Assembly (NCBI GenBank): GCA_964353185.1
Contig: CAYGUV010000001.1
Coordinates: forward strand, 128,620-192,619
Direction of reading: 5' to 3'
From: an uncultured Micavibrio sp.
GTDB lineage: Bacteria > Pseudomonadota > Alphaproteobacteria > Micavibrionales > Micavibrionaceae
Length of the DNA stretch: 64,000 nt
The translations under genes were made by a program, and so were the position numbers. Of this stretch, positions 1 to 9,976 are shown one piece after another; position 1 is the first letter of the stretch, and the number at the start of each line of letters is the position of its first letter. The notes beneath the pieces are model-generated. The model did not search any database. It worked only from the letters and a program-made list of their open reading frames with translations, and was not told where the DNA came from.

Positions 1-1
1 G

Positions 2-691
2 GTGCCTGAAGTTAACCCAGAGGCCTTGAAGGATTATGCTAAGAAAAATATTATCGCGAATCCAAATTGTTCTACCATTCAAATGTTGGTTGCGTTAAAG
101 CCAATTCACGAAGCGGCCAAGATTAAACGTATTGTTGTTTCTACTTATCAATCTGTCTCTGGCGCGGGAAAAGAAGGGATGGATGAATTGTTTAATCAGT
201 CACGCCATTTCTTTATGAATGATGAAGTGAAAAGCGAGCAGTTTTCAAAACAGATTGCTTTTAACGTTATTCCACAAATTGATGCATTTATGGATGATCA
301 TTCAACTAAAGAAGAGTGGAAAATGGTTGTTGAAACCAAGAAGATATTAGACACAAAAATTGAAGTATGTGCCAACTGTGTGCGTGTTCCAGTATTTATA
401 GGGCATTCGGAAATGGTGAATGTTGAGATGGAAAAGCCATTATCCCGTAAAGAAGCAATGGCGTTATGGCGCAAAGCGGATGGGGTAAGTGTCATTGATG
501 TTGAAAGTGAGATCGAATTTGTGACCCCAGCAGAAATTGCAGGTGAGGATGATGTCTTTATTTCACGTGTACGTGAAGACATATCCGTTGAAAATGGTCT
601 AAATTTCTGGTGTGTGTCTGATAATATGCGTAAAGGCGCTGCGTTAAATTCTATCCAAATTGCTGAGACGTTGATTAAAGATTATTTATAG
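2..691 (+). CDS. asd: aspartate-semialdehyde dehydrogenase, C-terminal 229 aa (5' end outside the window)
   Basis: ORF is open to the window edge. It contains the NPNCSTIQ and STYQSVSGAG regions typical of Asd. Confidence 0.9.
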   Translation: MPEVNPEALKDYAKKNIIANPNCSTIQMLVALKPIHEAAKIKRIVVSTYQSVSGAGKEGMDELFNQSRHFFMNDEVKSEQFSKQIAFNVIPQIDAFMDDHSTKEEWKMVVETKKILDTKIEVCANCVRVPVFIGHSEMVNVEMEKPLSRKEAMALWRKADGVSVIDVESEIEFVTPAEIAGEDDVFISRVREDISVENGLNFWCVSDNMRKGAALNSIQIAETLIKDYL

Positions 692-720
692 AAAATCTCT
701 CCTTTGTGGCTGTTTTACAC

Positions 721-749
721 TTGGAATAGGGGGCGTTACCCCCTATAAT
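721..749 (+). promoter_or_regulatory. candidate sigma70-type promoter for sdhC, with a hairpin in the spacer
   Basis: TTGGAA (721-726), 17 nt spacer, TATAAT (744-749), about 28 nt before the sdhC ATG. ATAGGGGG/CCCCCTAT hairpin (726-746) could also terminate asd. Confidence 0.35.
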
Positions 750-777
750 ATTACTATTATAATATTTAAGGATCCAT

Positions 778-1221
778 ATGTCTGACGATACTAAACCAAT
801 TGAACGCCCTCTATCCCCGCATTTGCAAGTTTATCGGCTGCCGATGACGGCTAAAATGTCAATTTCGCACCGTATTACGGGAGTTATTTTGACGGGTGGC
901 CTGATATTAATAGCCTTGGTAATGGTGGCTGCGGGATTAGGTGCAGAAATATATAATCAATTTATGTCGTTTATTCAAATGCCATTTGCGCAATATTTCT
1001 TTTTAGCGTGGGCTTTCGTTTTATTTTATCATATGGGAAATGGCTTTCGTCATTTGTTTTGGGATATGGGTAAGGGGATATCTGAAAAGGCGGCCTGTAA
1101 GTCTGGTTTATTTGTATTGATTTTTGCTGTGGGTATGACAGCTGGAATTTGGCACTTTGCTTCGCAGGATAAAGTACCAGATGCGTCAATTGTCACGCCA
1201 ATTGTTGGGAGGGCAGAATAA
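778..1221 (+). CDS. sdhC: succinate dehydrogenase cytochrome b556 subunit
   Basis: RPLSPHLQVYR motif and three TM segments. First gene of the sdhCDAB order. Confidence 0.9.
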   Translation: MSDDTKPIERPLSPHLQVYRLPMTAKMSISHRITGVILTGGLILIALVMVAAGLGAEIYNQFMSFIQMPFAQYFFLAWAFVLFYHMGNGFRHLFWDMGKGISEKAACKSGLFVLIFAVGMTAGIWHFASQDKVPDASIVTPIVGRAE

Positions 1222-1628
1222 TGGGACATTGTTCGCATAAAAAAGATGATAAGTTAGTCTCTCCAATTCGCAAAGCCAAGGGATTGGGATCCTCCCATTC
1301 TGGGACGCATCATTGGATGTTGCAACGCTTAACAGCCATAACTAATATTCCACTTGTTTTTTGGGCGGTTTACAGTTTGTTTTCATTACAAGGTGCGTCT
1401 TACGAAGCGTTTACAACGTGGATGTCGCTGCCGTGGAATACAGTATTAGCAATTTTGTTTGTCTTAAGTACGTTTAAGCATTCGGTACTGGGTATTCAAG
1501 TTATCATGGAAGATTATATTTCTTGTTCTTTCATGCGGCGCATCGGAATTTATGGATTTAAACTTTTTATGATTGTTTTAGGCGTTGCGACAATTGTTAC
1601 TATATTAAAAATATCGCTAGGAGCGTAA
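1221..1628 (+). CDS. sdhD: succinate dehydrogenase hydrophobic membrane anchor subunit
   Basis: TAATG overlap with sdhC. GTHHW motif, TM protein, position in the operon. Confidence 0.85.
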   Translation: MGHCSHKKDDKLVSPIRKAKGLGSSHSGTHHWMLQRLTAITNIPLVFWAVYSLFSLQGASYEAFTTWMSLPWNTVLAILFVLSTFKHSVLGIQVIMEDYISCSFMRRIGIYGFKLFMIVLGVATIVTILKISLGA

Positions 1629-1635
1629 GAGGATT

Positions 1636-3432
1636 ATGAGTGTAGCTGAAAAATACGAAATTATTGATCATGAATATGACGTCGTCGTCGTCGGGGCGGG
1701 CGGTGCAGGTTTACGCGCTGGTTTTGGGTGCGCCGAAAAAGGGTTGAAAACAGCACTTATTTCTAAGGTATTCCCTACGCGCTCGCATACTGTGGCAGCG
1801 CAAGGTGGAATTTCTGCAGCCCTTGGAAATATGGGTGAAGATGACTGGCGCTATCATATGTATGACACGATTAAGGGTTCAGACTGGTTAGGGGATCAAG
1901 ATGCTATTGAATATATGTGTCGTGAAGCAATACCTGCGGTGATTGAGTTAGAGCATTATGGTGTACCATTTTCACGAACAGCAGCAGGTAAAATTTATCA
2001 GCGTGCCTTTGGCGGTATGACAACACATTATGGTGAAGGCACTGCACAACGAACATGCGCGGCGGCCGACCGAACTGGCCATGCAATGTTGCATACACTT
2101 TACCAACAATCGTTAAAACATAAGGCAGAATTTTTTATTGAATATTTCGCTCTTGATTTAATTATGAGCGATGAAGGCGAGTGTCTAGGTGTAATGTGTT
2201 TGAATATGGACGATGGCACAATTCATCGTTTCCGTGGGCATCAAACTATATTGGCAACTGGTGGTTATGGACGTGCCTACTTTTCTTGTACATCTGCGCA
2301 TACTTGTACAGGTGATGGTGGTGGAATGGTTGCGCGTGCGGGTTTACCATTACAAGATATGGAATTCACACAGTTTCATCCAACAGGTATTTATGGTGCA
2401 GGCTGTTTGATTACTGAAGGTGTGCGCGGTGAGGGGGGATATTTAACGAACTCAGAAGGTGAGCGTTTTATGGAGCGCTATGCGCCGAGCGCGAAAGATC
2501 TAGCCTCACGTGATGTTGTTTCACGTTCAATGACGATCGAAATTCGTGAAGGGCGCGGCGTTGGTGAAAAGAAAGACCATATTCATTTAAATCTTATGCA
2601 TTTGGCTCCTGAAGTTATTAATTCCCGTTTGCCAGGTATTGCCGAAACAGCAAAAATATTTGCGGGCGTTGACGTAACTAAAGAACCGATTCCTGTTTTG
2701 CCAACGGTGCATTATAACATGGGTGGTATTCCAACAAATTTTAGAACTGAAGTATTAAACCCTACTAAAGATGACCCGAACCGTATTGTGCCGGGTCTTA
2801 TGGCTATTGGAGAGTCTGCTTGTGTGTCTGTACATGGCGCAAACCGTTTGGGGTCAAACTCATTGCTTGATTTGGTTGTTTTTGGACGCGCCGCGGCTAT
2901 ACGTGCTGCAGAAACAATTCCAAAGGGTACACCGCATAAATCATTAAAAGATAAAAGTAGTCAGAAATGTTTAGAACGTTTGGATAAAGTACGCAATGCA
3001 GACGGTGATGTATCTGTGGCGAAACTTCGTGGTGAGATGCAACATACAATGCAAGACCACGCCGCTGTTTTCCGCACAGGAGATACTCTACAAGAAGGAC
3101 AAGATAAAATTGTTGAGATTTTCAATAAGCGGGATCAATTAAAAATTGCAGATCGTTCGTTGATATTTAATACGGACTTAATTGAGGCATTAGAGCTGGA
3201 TAACCTTCTCTATCAATCTGTTGCGAGTATGGCGTCGGCCAATAACCGTAAAGAATCCCGTGGTGCGCATGCGCGCGAAGATTTTACGGAGCGTGATGAT
3301 GAGAACTGGATGAAACACACAACGGTTAAAATTGATGAAAAAGCAGGATTTGAAATTGGATATCGACCTGTTATTTTGCATACTTTGACTGATGAAGTTG
3401 AAGCTGTTCCTCCAAAGAAGAGGGTTTATTAA
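1636..3432 (+). CDS. sdhA: succinate dehydrogenase flavoprotein subunit
   Basis: [17 protein letters not shown]-binding fold, [11 protein letters not shown] covalent-FAD histidine region, 598 aa. Confidence 0.97.
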   Translation: MSVAEKYEIIDHEYDVVVVGAGGAGLRAGFGCAEKGLKTALISKVFPTRSHTVAAQGGISAALGNMGEDDWRYHMYDTIKGSDWLGDQDAIEYMCREAIPAVIELEHYGVPFSRTAAGKIYQRAFGGMTTHYGEGTAQRTCAAADRTGHAMLHTLYQQSLKHKAEFFIEYFALDLIMSDEGECLGVMCLNMDDGTIHRFRGHQTILATGGYGRAYFSCTSAHTCTGDGGGMVARAGLPLQDMEFTQFHPTGIYGAGCLITEGVRGEGGYLTNSEGERFMERYAPSAKDLASRDVVSRSMTIEIREGRGVGEKKDHIHLNLMHLAPEVINSRLPGIAETAKIFAGVDVTKEPIPVLPTVHYNMGGIPTNFRTEVLNPTKDDPNRIVPGLMAIGESACVSVHGANRLGSNSLLDLVVFGRAAAIRAAETIPKGTPHKSLKDKSSQKCLERLDKVRNADGDVSVAKLRGEMQHTMQDHAAVFRTGDTLQEGQDKIVEIFNKRDQLKIADRSLIFNTDLIEALELDNLLYQSVASMASANNRKESRGAHAREDFTERDDENWMKHTTVKIDEKAGFEIGYRPVILHTLTDEVEAVPPKKRVY

Positions 3433-3433
3433 G

Positions 3434-3664
3434 ATGGCTGGATGGATAAAGTTTGGACTTTTTTTGCTCGTATTCTTTACGGCTGGATATATGTTGCCAG
3501 CGGCGATTGCAATCTTGCGCAATCACAACAGTACGATCGCAATCATTCTTGTTAATTGCTTATTGGGCTGGACAATCATTTTTTGGATTGTCGCATTCTT
3601 TTGGTCATTGAATAAAAACGCAACCGAGACACGTTCTTTGGGCGAAATACTTAATCTTAAATAA
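3434..3664 (+). CDS. small two-TM membrane protein, superinfection-immunity (T4 Imm-like) family signature
   Basis: YMLPAAIAILRNHNSTIAIILVNCLLGWTIIFWIVAFFWSL fits my recollection of the Imm_superinfect consensus (LP..IA..R.H.....I...N.lLGWT..GW..A..Wa). ATG lies 1 nt after the sdhA stop. Stop lies 12 nt before sdhB. Confidence 0.6.
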   Translation: MAGWIKFGLFLLVFFTAGYMLPAAIAILRNHNSTIAIILVNCLLGWTIIFWIVAFFWSLNKNATETRSLGEILNLK

Positions 3665-3676
3665 AATAGGCATATT

Positions 3677-4471
3677 ATGGCAGAGTTTACACTTCCAAAA
3701 AATTCTAAAATTACTAAAGGTAAGAAATTTAAAGCGTCTGATGATGCTAAGGATGTTAAGAATTTTAAGGTTTACCGTTGGGATCCTGAAAATGATGAGA
3801 ATCCTCGTATGGATGAGTATGAGGTTGATTTGTCTGATTGTGGCCCGATGGTTTTGGATGCCATCATTCACATTAAAGATGATATTGACAGCACGCTAAC
3901 TTTCCGACGCTCCTGTCGTGAAGGTATTTGTGGCTCATGTGCTATGAATATTGATGGTCGCAATGGCTTAGCTTGTTTAACACCGATTGCTGATATTCGA
4001 GATGGCGCTAAGATTACACCATTACCGCATATGCCTGTTGTTAAGGATCTAGTTCCGGATTTAACCCATGCTTACGCGCAATATGAATCTATTGAACCTT
4101 GGATGAAAACAGAAACACCTGCGCCATCACGCGAAAGATTGCAGAGCCCGGAAGACGCACAAAAGTTAAATGGTGCAGATGGTAAGGGGCCTGCGGGATG
4201 TATACTATGTTTTTGTTGTACTACTTCTTGCCCATCATATTGGTGGAACCCAGAAAAATTTATGGGTCCTGCGGTTTTATTAAATGCGTGGCGTTGGATT
4301 ACGGATACTCGTGATGAAGCAACGGATGAACGTTTAGATCAATTGGAAGACCCATTTAAATTGTATCGTTGTCATACGATTATGAATTGTACAAATGCGT
4401 GTCCAAAAGATTTAAATCCTGCGCAGTCCATTGCTGAAATTAAGAAATTAATGGTCGAAAAGCATAGTTAA
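3677..4471 (+). CDS. sdhB: succinate dehydrogenase iron-sulfur subunit
   Basis: [23 protein letters not shown] and [12 protein letters not shown] cysteine clusters. Confidence 0.97.
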   Translation: MAEFTLPKNSKITKGKKFKASDDAKDVKNFKVYRWDPENDENPRMDEYEVDLSDCGPMVLDAIIHIKDDIDSTLTFRRSCREGICGSCAMNIDGRNGLACLTPIADIRDGAKITPLPHMPVVKDLVPDLTHAYAQYESIEPWMKTETPAPSRERLQSPEDAQKLNGADGKGPAGCILCFCCTTSCPSYWWNPEKFMGPAVLLNAWRWITDTRDEATDERLDQLEDPFKLYRCHTIMNCTNACPKDLNPAQSIAEIKKLMVEKHS

Positions 4472-4479
4472 GGTTCGTG

Positions 4480-5391
4480 ATGATTCCAGAAATAGATGCC
4501 AGGGAACTAGAAAACCGTAACCCTGATACTTTGCTAAAGGTTCGTGAAGCATCTGAATCAATTGGTTTTTTAACGCTTACTAATACTGATTTTTCTCAAG
4601 AAGAAGTCATAAACGTTCTTGAAGCGTATCGAAAGTTTTTCAATAGTTCTGAAGAAAACAAACAAAGTATTAATATGTCTAAGACGGGGTCTAACCGAGG
4701 GTGGGGTGCGTCAAAGTCAGAACAAGTTAATCCAAAATCTAATCCGGATTATAAAGAGTTCTTTGATTGCGGTGTAGAAGTAGCAAAAGATGATTCTCAA
4801 GCGCATTTGTCTGTATATGCCCCTAATCAATGGCCTTTAGAGCCATACGACTTTCAAAATATTATAGAAGATTATTTCTCAAAAGCGCGCATCGTCGCGT
4901 TAGATCTTTTGCGTGGTATATCTGACGCTATTGGTGCAGATTCTAGTTTTTTTGCTGATAAGTTTGACAAGCCTATGGCTTTGTTGAGGGGGAATTTTTA
5001 CCCTCAACGCCCAGAAAGTGCGACAGATCAAGATTTTGGTATTGCTCCTCATACAGATTATGGGTGCTTAACATTATTGGCAACTGATGGGCAACCTGGA
5101 CTAGAGGTTCAGGGGTTAAATGGTGAATGGATTCCCGTAATGGCAAAGCCGGGAACATTTGTTGTCAATTTTGGAGAGATGCTTGAAATGTGGACGAATG
5201 GAAGAATAAAGGCTACCAATCATAGAGTTATTGGTGGACCAAACGAGCGTATATCTATTCCATTATTCTTTAACCCTAATTACGATACAAACGTAGCAGC
5301 CCAAAATGAAAAGGCGATAAGTGCCGGTGAGTATCTTTCAAAACGATATAATGAAACGTATACGCACTTAAAATATAAGAAAAACAAATAG
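4480..5391 (+). CDS. 2-oxoglutarate/Fe(II)-dependent oxygenase (isopenicillin-N-synthase-like)
   Basis: HTDYG...NHRV facial-triad spacing (H-x-D ... H) and a non-haem dioxygenase N-terminal region. Starts about 6 nt after sdhB. Confidence 0.7.
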   Translation: MIPEIDARELENRNPDTLLKVREASESIGFLTLTNTDFSQEEVINVLEAYRKFFNSSEENKQSINMSKTGSNRGWGASKSEQVNPKSNPDYKEFFDCGVEVAKDDSQAHLSVYAPNQWPLEPYDFQNIIEDYFSKARIVALDLLRGISDAIGADSSFFADKFDKPMALLRGNFYPQRPESATDQDFGIAPHTDYGCLTLLATDGQPGLEVQGLNGEWIPVMAKPGTFVVNFGEMLEMWTNGRIKATNHRVIGGPNERISIPLFFNPNYDTNVAAQNEKAISAGEYLSKRYNETYTHLKYKKNK

Positions 5392-5402
5392 AGCCTCTAG
5401 CT

Positions 5403-6557
5403 TTAAGCTGCTTGTTTATCGCCATAGCGATCTTGATAGTCTTGAATTAAAAATTCCCTCCCTGATTTTATTTTGAAGTTTCCATCGTAACAAATTATAT
5501 CAGCGGTGGCGTAAGTTTCTGACCATATGGCAGGAAGGTAAGAGCCTGTTCCGACAATATCTATGGGTGCTTTTGCTTTTGCCATGATTTTACATTTTTC
5601 TGTGTTAAATCCAGAAGAGGCAACGATCTTTACTTTATTAAAGCCTGCATCATCTAATTTTTCTCGCATGTACCAAATTGCAGCGGCAGAAACACCTGTC
5701 CCTATTAAATGTTTGAGGTCTTTTTCAGAGCAGTAGCCCCGGAAAGCTTCGAGCGCGTTACGTTGTAGAACGGCGTAGGATTCTTGGGGGTCTAACCCTT
5801 CAATATATCGGCCCCCATGTGTATCCAAGCGTATTGAAACAGCTCCTTCATCTGAAAGGTTTTTAAAATGTTCGCATATCTGAAGGGCATCTGTTATTTC
5901 TTTGCCAAAATAATCTACGAGAACAGTAAGATTGCTGTTTGGGTTATGCTTTCGAAAGGCAATTGTTGCATCAAGTGTTGTGTCATAGGCACCAATGAAG
6001 GCATGTGGTGTTGTCCCTAATCCAGATTGATTTTCAAAGAAATGTGCGGTTGCGTCTGTTGCATTTCCTATAAAACCTTTGGCATCTAGTTTTTGGGCTG
6101 CTTTGCTTCCGACACTTGCGGCATAAGCCATCATTTCGGCCATTTCCATACCCGCACAATGGCGGGCATCCATTGCTAAAAAAGCGCTATCAGGTAGGGC
6201 GAGGCTCATTTCTTTTGCGTTAAAGGCAGCAACACTCGGGGCGCCAATTAGCTGTAATAGATGTGTTTCCAACTCAACAAGGTTGTCCATGCGACCTGTG
6301 ATGTACAACATGGGGTCTCCAGCGCCGACTAATTCGCCTTCTTTATAATTTCTCTTAATATCAATTTTAAAATTTTGTGTTTTAGCGACATTTTCTAACC
6401 AGTTGGTCGCTAAAGTTGTCGCCATTAAAGTAGGGCGACGAACAAATACACCGTAGGTAACAAGAGGTGGGGTTTCTAGTGATTTTCGCGTATTTGTAAA
6501 ATATTTATCTGTCCAGGCGGATATATATTCTTTAGTTGTTTTGTTGTTTTGTATCAT
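5403..6557 (-). CDS. nicotinate phosphoribosyltransferase-like (type II PRTase family)
   Basis: TDKYF N-terminus, GTTPHAFI and LVDYF/IRLDTHG motifs as in archaeal-type NAPRTases. Confidence 0.6.
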   Translation of the reverse strand: MIQNNKTTKEYISAWTDKYFTNTRKSLETPPLVTYGVFVRRPTLMATTLATNWLENVAKTQNFKIDIKRNYKEGELVGAGDPMLYITGRMDNLVELETHLLQLIGAPSVAAFNAKEMSLALPDSAFLAMDARHCAGMEMAEMMAYAASVGSKAAQKLDAKGFIGNATDATAHFFENQSGLGTTPHAFIGAYDTTLDATIAFRKHNPNSNLTVLVDYFGKEITDALQICEHFKNLSDEGAVSIRLDTHGGRYIEGLDPQESYAVLQRNALEAFRGYCSEKDLKHLIGTGVSAAAIWYMREKLDDAGFNKVKIVASSGFNTEKCKIMAKAKAPIDIVGTGSYLPAIWSETYATADIICYDGNFKIKSGREFLIQDYQDRYGDKQAA

Positions 6558-6566
6558 AGAAAAAAT

Positions 6567-7190
6567 TCATCTTTTTTCCTTTAATAACACTCGAATATGC
6601 GGCCGTCCATTAGCTTTTTCGTATTTCTCATAATATTGCTGATGATAATCCTCTGCAGGCCAAAATTTTTGTAGGGGTTCTAAAGTGGTTACGATTGGAT
6701 CATTCCAAACTTTATCCGCCTCCGCAGAGGCAATAGCTAGAGAGGCAACCTTTTTTTGCTCATCATCATGGTAGAAGATTGCGGAACGATATTGTGTACC
6801 TACGTCTACTCCCTGTCTATTTAATTGGGTTGGATCGTGGGATTTACGCAAGAAATAATCTGTCAATTCACGATATGTAATGATATCAGGGTCATAATAT
6901 ATATCTGTCACTTCAGCGTGACCAGTTTTCCCTGTTGTGATATCATTGTAGGTTGGGTTTTCGAGTTCGCCGCCAGAATACCCAGATATTGTGTAAACAA
7001 CGCCTTTTAACGCCCTGAATTCGCTTTCTAAGCACCAAAAGCATCCGCCGGCAAATGTTGCGATAGGATAATTATCTGGTTTTTCTAATTTAATAGTATC
7101 GGCCACTTCCATTCCTTTTGTTAGAGGAGGGTAAATAACTAAGGCACTTAGGCCTAAAAATAACACAGCAATAAAAATAAGATATTTCAT
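6567..7190 (-). CDS. msrA: peptide-methionine (S)-S-oxide reductase with N-terminal signal/anchor
   Basis: GGCFWCLE catalytic motif. N-terminal hydrophobic segment MKYLIFIAVLFLGLSALV. Confidence 0.9.
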   Translation of the reverse strand: MKYLIFIAVLFLGLSALVIYPPLTKGMEVADTIKLEKPDNYPIATFAGGCFWCLESEFRALKGVVYTISGYSGGELENPTYNDITTGKTGHAEVTDIYYDPDIITYRELTDYFLRKSHDPTQLNRQGVDVGTQYRSAIFYHDDEQKKVASLAIASAEADKVWNDPIVTTLEPLQKFWPAEDYHQQYYEKYEKANGRPHIRVLLKEKR

Positions 7191-7246
7191 ATATTCTTAT
7201 TCGTAAAAATTACGCTATAGTTACGTTTAATTAGAAAAAGTTTATT

Positions 7247-8533
7247 ATGACGAATTCATTACAAGTAAATAAAAAATCGATTGCTGCATGGTGTTTTTAC
7301 GATTGGGCCAATACAGCGTTTAGTACGGTGATTATTACGTTTATCTTTGGTGTCTATTTTTCTCGAGAGATTGCAGTTGACGAAACGACGGGTGGTTCGC
7401 AATGGAGTTTGGCTATTGCTTTGTCTGGGTTGATTATTGCTGTGATGGCACCTTTACTTGGAGCGATGGCAGATCATGGTGTGTCCAAAAAAAAGGGAGT
7501 TTTCTTTTTTTCTATGGTTTGTATAGTGGCGTCTTCCATGCTGTGGTTTGCGGTGCCTGATTACAGTGAAGGTAAGATCTTGTTCGTCTTAGTGATGGTT
7601 ATCATCGCTAATATAGGACTTGAGCTAGGGCAAGTTTTTTACAATGCTCTTTTGCCTGAGATTGCACCCTATAAAATGACAGGGCGTTTGTCTGGTTGGG
7701 CATGGGGGCTTGGATATATTGGTGGGCTTACTGCACTTGGTATATTGTTACTTTTTTTTATAGGTCTGGGAGATATAAAACCCATTATTTCTTTACCATC
7801 AGATGATTTCCAAAACATTCGTATTGCAGGGCCGTTTATTGGAGCTTGGTTTTTTATATTCATGCTTCCATTTTTATTATTTACTAAAGAAGTAAAACGC
7901 ACATCTATAGGTGCAAAAAATGCAATGAAGGCGGGACTGAAAGATTTGGTTTCAAATTTTAAGAAGCTAAAAAAATATAGAAATATCGTTCGTTTTTTGA
8001 TTGCGAGTGCAATTTATCGTGACGGGTTGGTGACTTTATTTGCCGTCGGCGGCATTTTTGCTGCGGATCAATTTGGTATGAGTTTTACTCAAATTCTTAT
8101 TTTTGCGATTGGCCTAAACGTTACTGCAGGTATCGGCGCGATTGGGTTTTCATTTATGGACGATTATATTGGGTCTAAACAAACCATTATAGTATCTATA
8201 TTAGGACTCATTTTCCTTGGGAGCGCTATATTTTTTATTGAAGATAAAATGAGCTTTATCTATTTATCGTTAGGCCTTGGTATTTTTATAGGACCTGTTC
8301 AAGCAGCAAGCCGAACGATGATTACAAAAATATGTCATAAGGATATAATTGCTCAAAGTTATGGATTTTATGCGTTAACAGGCAAGTCAATTTCTTTTCT
8401 TGGACCATTATTTTATGGTCTTTCTACTCATATATTTGAAACGCAGTTGGCTGGTATGGCATCTATTATAATTTTTTGGATTATTGGATTGTTGATTTTG
8501 GTTGGGGTAAAAGAAATAGTGGAAACAACATGA
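7247..8533 (+). CDS. MFS transporter, UMF1/Atg22-like family
   Basis: About 12 TM segments. CFYDWANTAF N-terminal motif is typical of this family. Confidence 0.6.
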   Translation: MTNSLQVNKKSIAAWCFYDWANTAFSTVIITFIFGVYFSREIAVDETTGGSQWSLAIALSGLIIAVMAPLLGAMADHGVSKKKGVFFFSMVCIVASSMLWFAVPDYSEGKILFVLVMVIIANIGLELGQVFYNALLPEIAPYKMTGRLSGWAWGLGYIGGLTALGILLLFFIGLGDIKPIISLPSDDFQNIRIAGPFIGAWFFIFMLPFLLFTKEVKRTSIGAKNAMKAGLKDLVSNFKKLKKYRNIVRFLIASAIYRDGLVTLFAVGGIFAADQFGMSFTQILIFAIGLNVTAGIGAIGFSFMDDYIGSKQTIIVSILGLIFLGSAIFFIEDKMSFIYLSLGLGIFIGPVQAASRTMITKICHKDIIAQSYGFYALTGKSISFLGPLFYGLSTHIFETQLAGMASIIIFWIIGLLILVGVKEIVETT

Positions 8534-9216
8534 TAGAAATGAAATCGCCAAATTTTAATAAGCGTGCAGTGACGCCATTAAAGTACATTATTTTACATTA
8601 TACGGGGATGAAGGATGCTGATTCAGCTTTAAAGCGTCTTTGTGATATTGATTCACAAGTTAGTGCACATTATACAGTTGATGAGCAGGGAGAGATTTAT
8701 CATCATGTTGACGAGAGTATGAGGGCTTGGCACGCAGGCAAAGGATATTGGAACGGTGATTTTGATATTAACAGTTTATCAATAGGAATTGAAATTGTTA
8801 ACCTTGGTCATCAACATGGTTATAAAAAATTCACAGATCGTCAAATTCAGGCACTTATAGCTTTATGTTGTGATATTCAAAAACGCCACGATATTAAAGC
8901 AGTTTTAGCGCATTCTGATATTGCTCCTGATCGAAAAGAAGATCCAGGAGAATTGTTTCCTTGGCAAAAATTAGCAAAAGAAAACGTTGGTGTATGGCCG
9001 CTTGTTTCAGACGAAGACTTTGTTAAATCAGCAGGTATTGATGTCATTCGAGGGTTGCAAGATTTTGGTTATAAGGCGCGAGAATCTGAAAAAATGATCA
9101 TAGCGTTTCAAAGACATTTTGAGCCGGAAGCTTTTATAGAGAACACTGTTGGTGTCGTGTCGTCTATAACGAAGGCAAGGCTATACGCTTTGCTAGCAAG
9201 GCATTTGATTTTGTAA
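8530..9216 (+). CDS. ampD: N-acetylmuramoyl-L-alanine amidase (AmpD/amidase_2 type)
   Basis: ILHYTG, SAHY and AWHAG motifs. ATGA start/stop overlap with the upstream transporter gene. Confidence 0.8.
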   Translation: MIEMKSPNFNKRAVTPLKYIILHYTGMKDADSALKRLCDIDSQVSAHYTVDEQGEIYHHVDESMRAWHAGKGYWNGDFDINSLSIGIEIVNLGHQHGYKKFTDRQIQALIALCCDIQKRHDIKAVLAHSDIAPDRKEDPGELFPWQKLAKENVGVWPLVSDEDFVKSAGIDVIRGLQDFGYKARESEKMIIAFQRHFEPEAFIENTVGVVSSITKARLYALLARHLIL

Positions 9217-9240
9217 TTTTTTTCAGATATAACCTCAAAA

Positions 9241-9582
9241 ATGGAATATCGGGTAACCGCGCATTTTATGTGAGGAAAGTCCGGGCTTTAGGAAAATACG
9301 ACGCCGGGTAACGCCCGGGTGGGGTAACCCAACGGAAAGTGCAACAGAGAGCAGGTTTCTTTTAAATTTATTTGAAAGTAAAAGTGAAAGGGTGCGGTAA
9401 GAGCGCACCGCGTTTTTGGTAACAAAAACGGCATGGTAAACCCCGTCGGAAGCAAGACCAAATAGGAATGGCATATGGAGTATTTTCCCTCCGTCATTCG
9501 GGTAGGTCGCATGAGTGCTTTGGTAACAAAGTGCCTAGATGAATGGTTACCGATTACAGAACCCGGCTTATAGATAATCCAT
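9241..9582 (+). ncRNA. rnpB: RNase P RNA, bacterial type A
   Basis: GAGGAAAGTCCGGGCT, GGGTGCGGTAAGAGCGCACC and ACAGAACCCGGCTTA conserved regions. The 5' ATGGAATATC can pair with the 3' GATAATCCAT (P1). Ends are approximate. Confidence 0.9.
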
Positions 9583-9593
9583 ATTAAAATTAA

Positions 9594-9635
9594 AACGCTC
9601 CGCAAGGCTTGAAACCCTGCGGAGCGTTATTTCTC
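9594..9635. terminator. hairpin terminator after rnpB
   Basis: AACGCTCCGCA (9594-9604) pairs with TGCGGAGCGTT (9618-9628). Followed by ATTTCT. Confidence 0.6.
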
Positions 9636-9659
9636 CCCATTCAAGAAATTCTTTTATAT

Positions 9660-9755
9660 TTAAATCACGGATGATTTAAAAGCCGTGTAAGCAATTGTAC
9701 CAATATACAATCCACCATTAACGGATAACGTCATTATTAAAAATGTTGTAAGCAT
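9660..9755 (-). CDS. candidate 31-aa hydrophobic small protein (MLTTFLIMTLSVNGGLYIGTIAYTAFKSSVI)
   Basis: ATG preceded by AAAGGGGA (SD-like). Canonical promoter upstream on the same strand. Below the ORF-track length cutoff. Confidence 0.35.
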   Translation of the reverse strand: MLTTFLIMTLSVNGGLYIGTIAYTAFKSSVI

Positions 9756-9801
9756 GATAATTTTTCCCCTTTATCGTCCCACAGTTCTATTTGATATGTG
9801 T

Positions 9802-9830
9802 TTTATACATATCTGTTTTCATAATGTCAA
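9802..9830 (-). promoter_or_regulatory. sigma70-type promoter reading into the small ORF
   Basis: On the minus strand: TTGACA (9830-9825), 17 nt spacer, TATAAA (9807-9802). Confidence 0.5.
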
Positions 9831-9976
9831 CAAGTTTTTAATAAAATCAATAGCTTAGATATTTTTATCACTTGGAGTGACAAAATTAACTTTATGGTAA
9901 ATAAAACCATATTTTTTATTTTCATGTGAATGAAACGTCTCTGTTGAGCAGAGTCTAATTGATTTTTCTCTTAAAA

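Noticed and set aside
3392-3433. Track start of the Imm-like ORF inside sdhA
   Set aside because: It would overlap the sdhA 3' end by 41 nt. The ATG at 3434, right after the sdhA stop, gives the family-typical short N-terminus.
9235-9605. Two minus-strand ORFs (79 and 105 aa) from the ORF track
   Set aside because: They lie entirely over the RNase P RNA gene on the opposite strand and have no SD. They are artefacts of a structured, stop-poor RNA gene.
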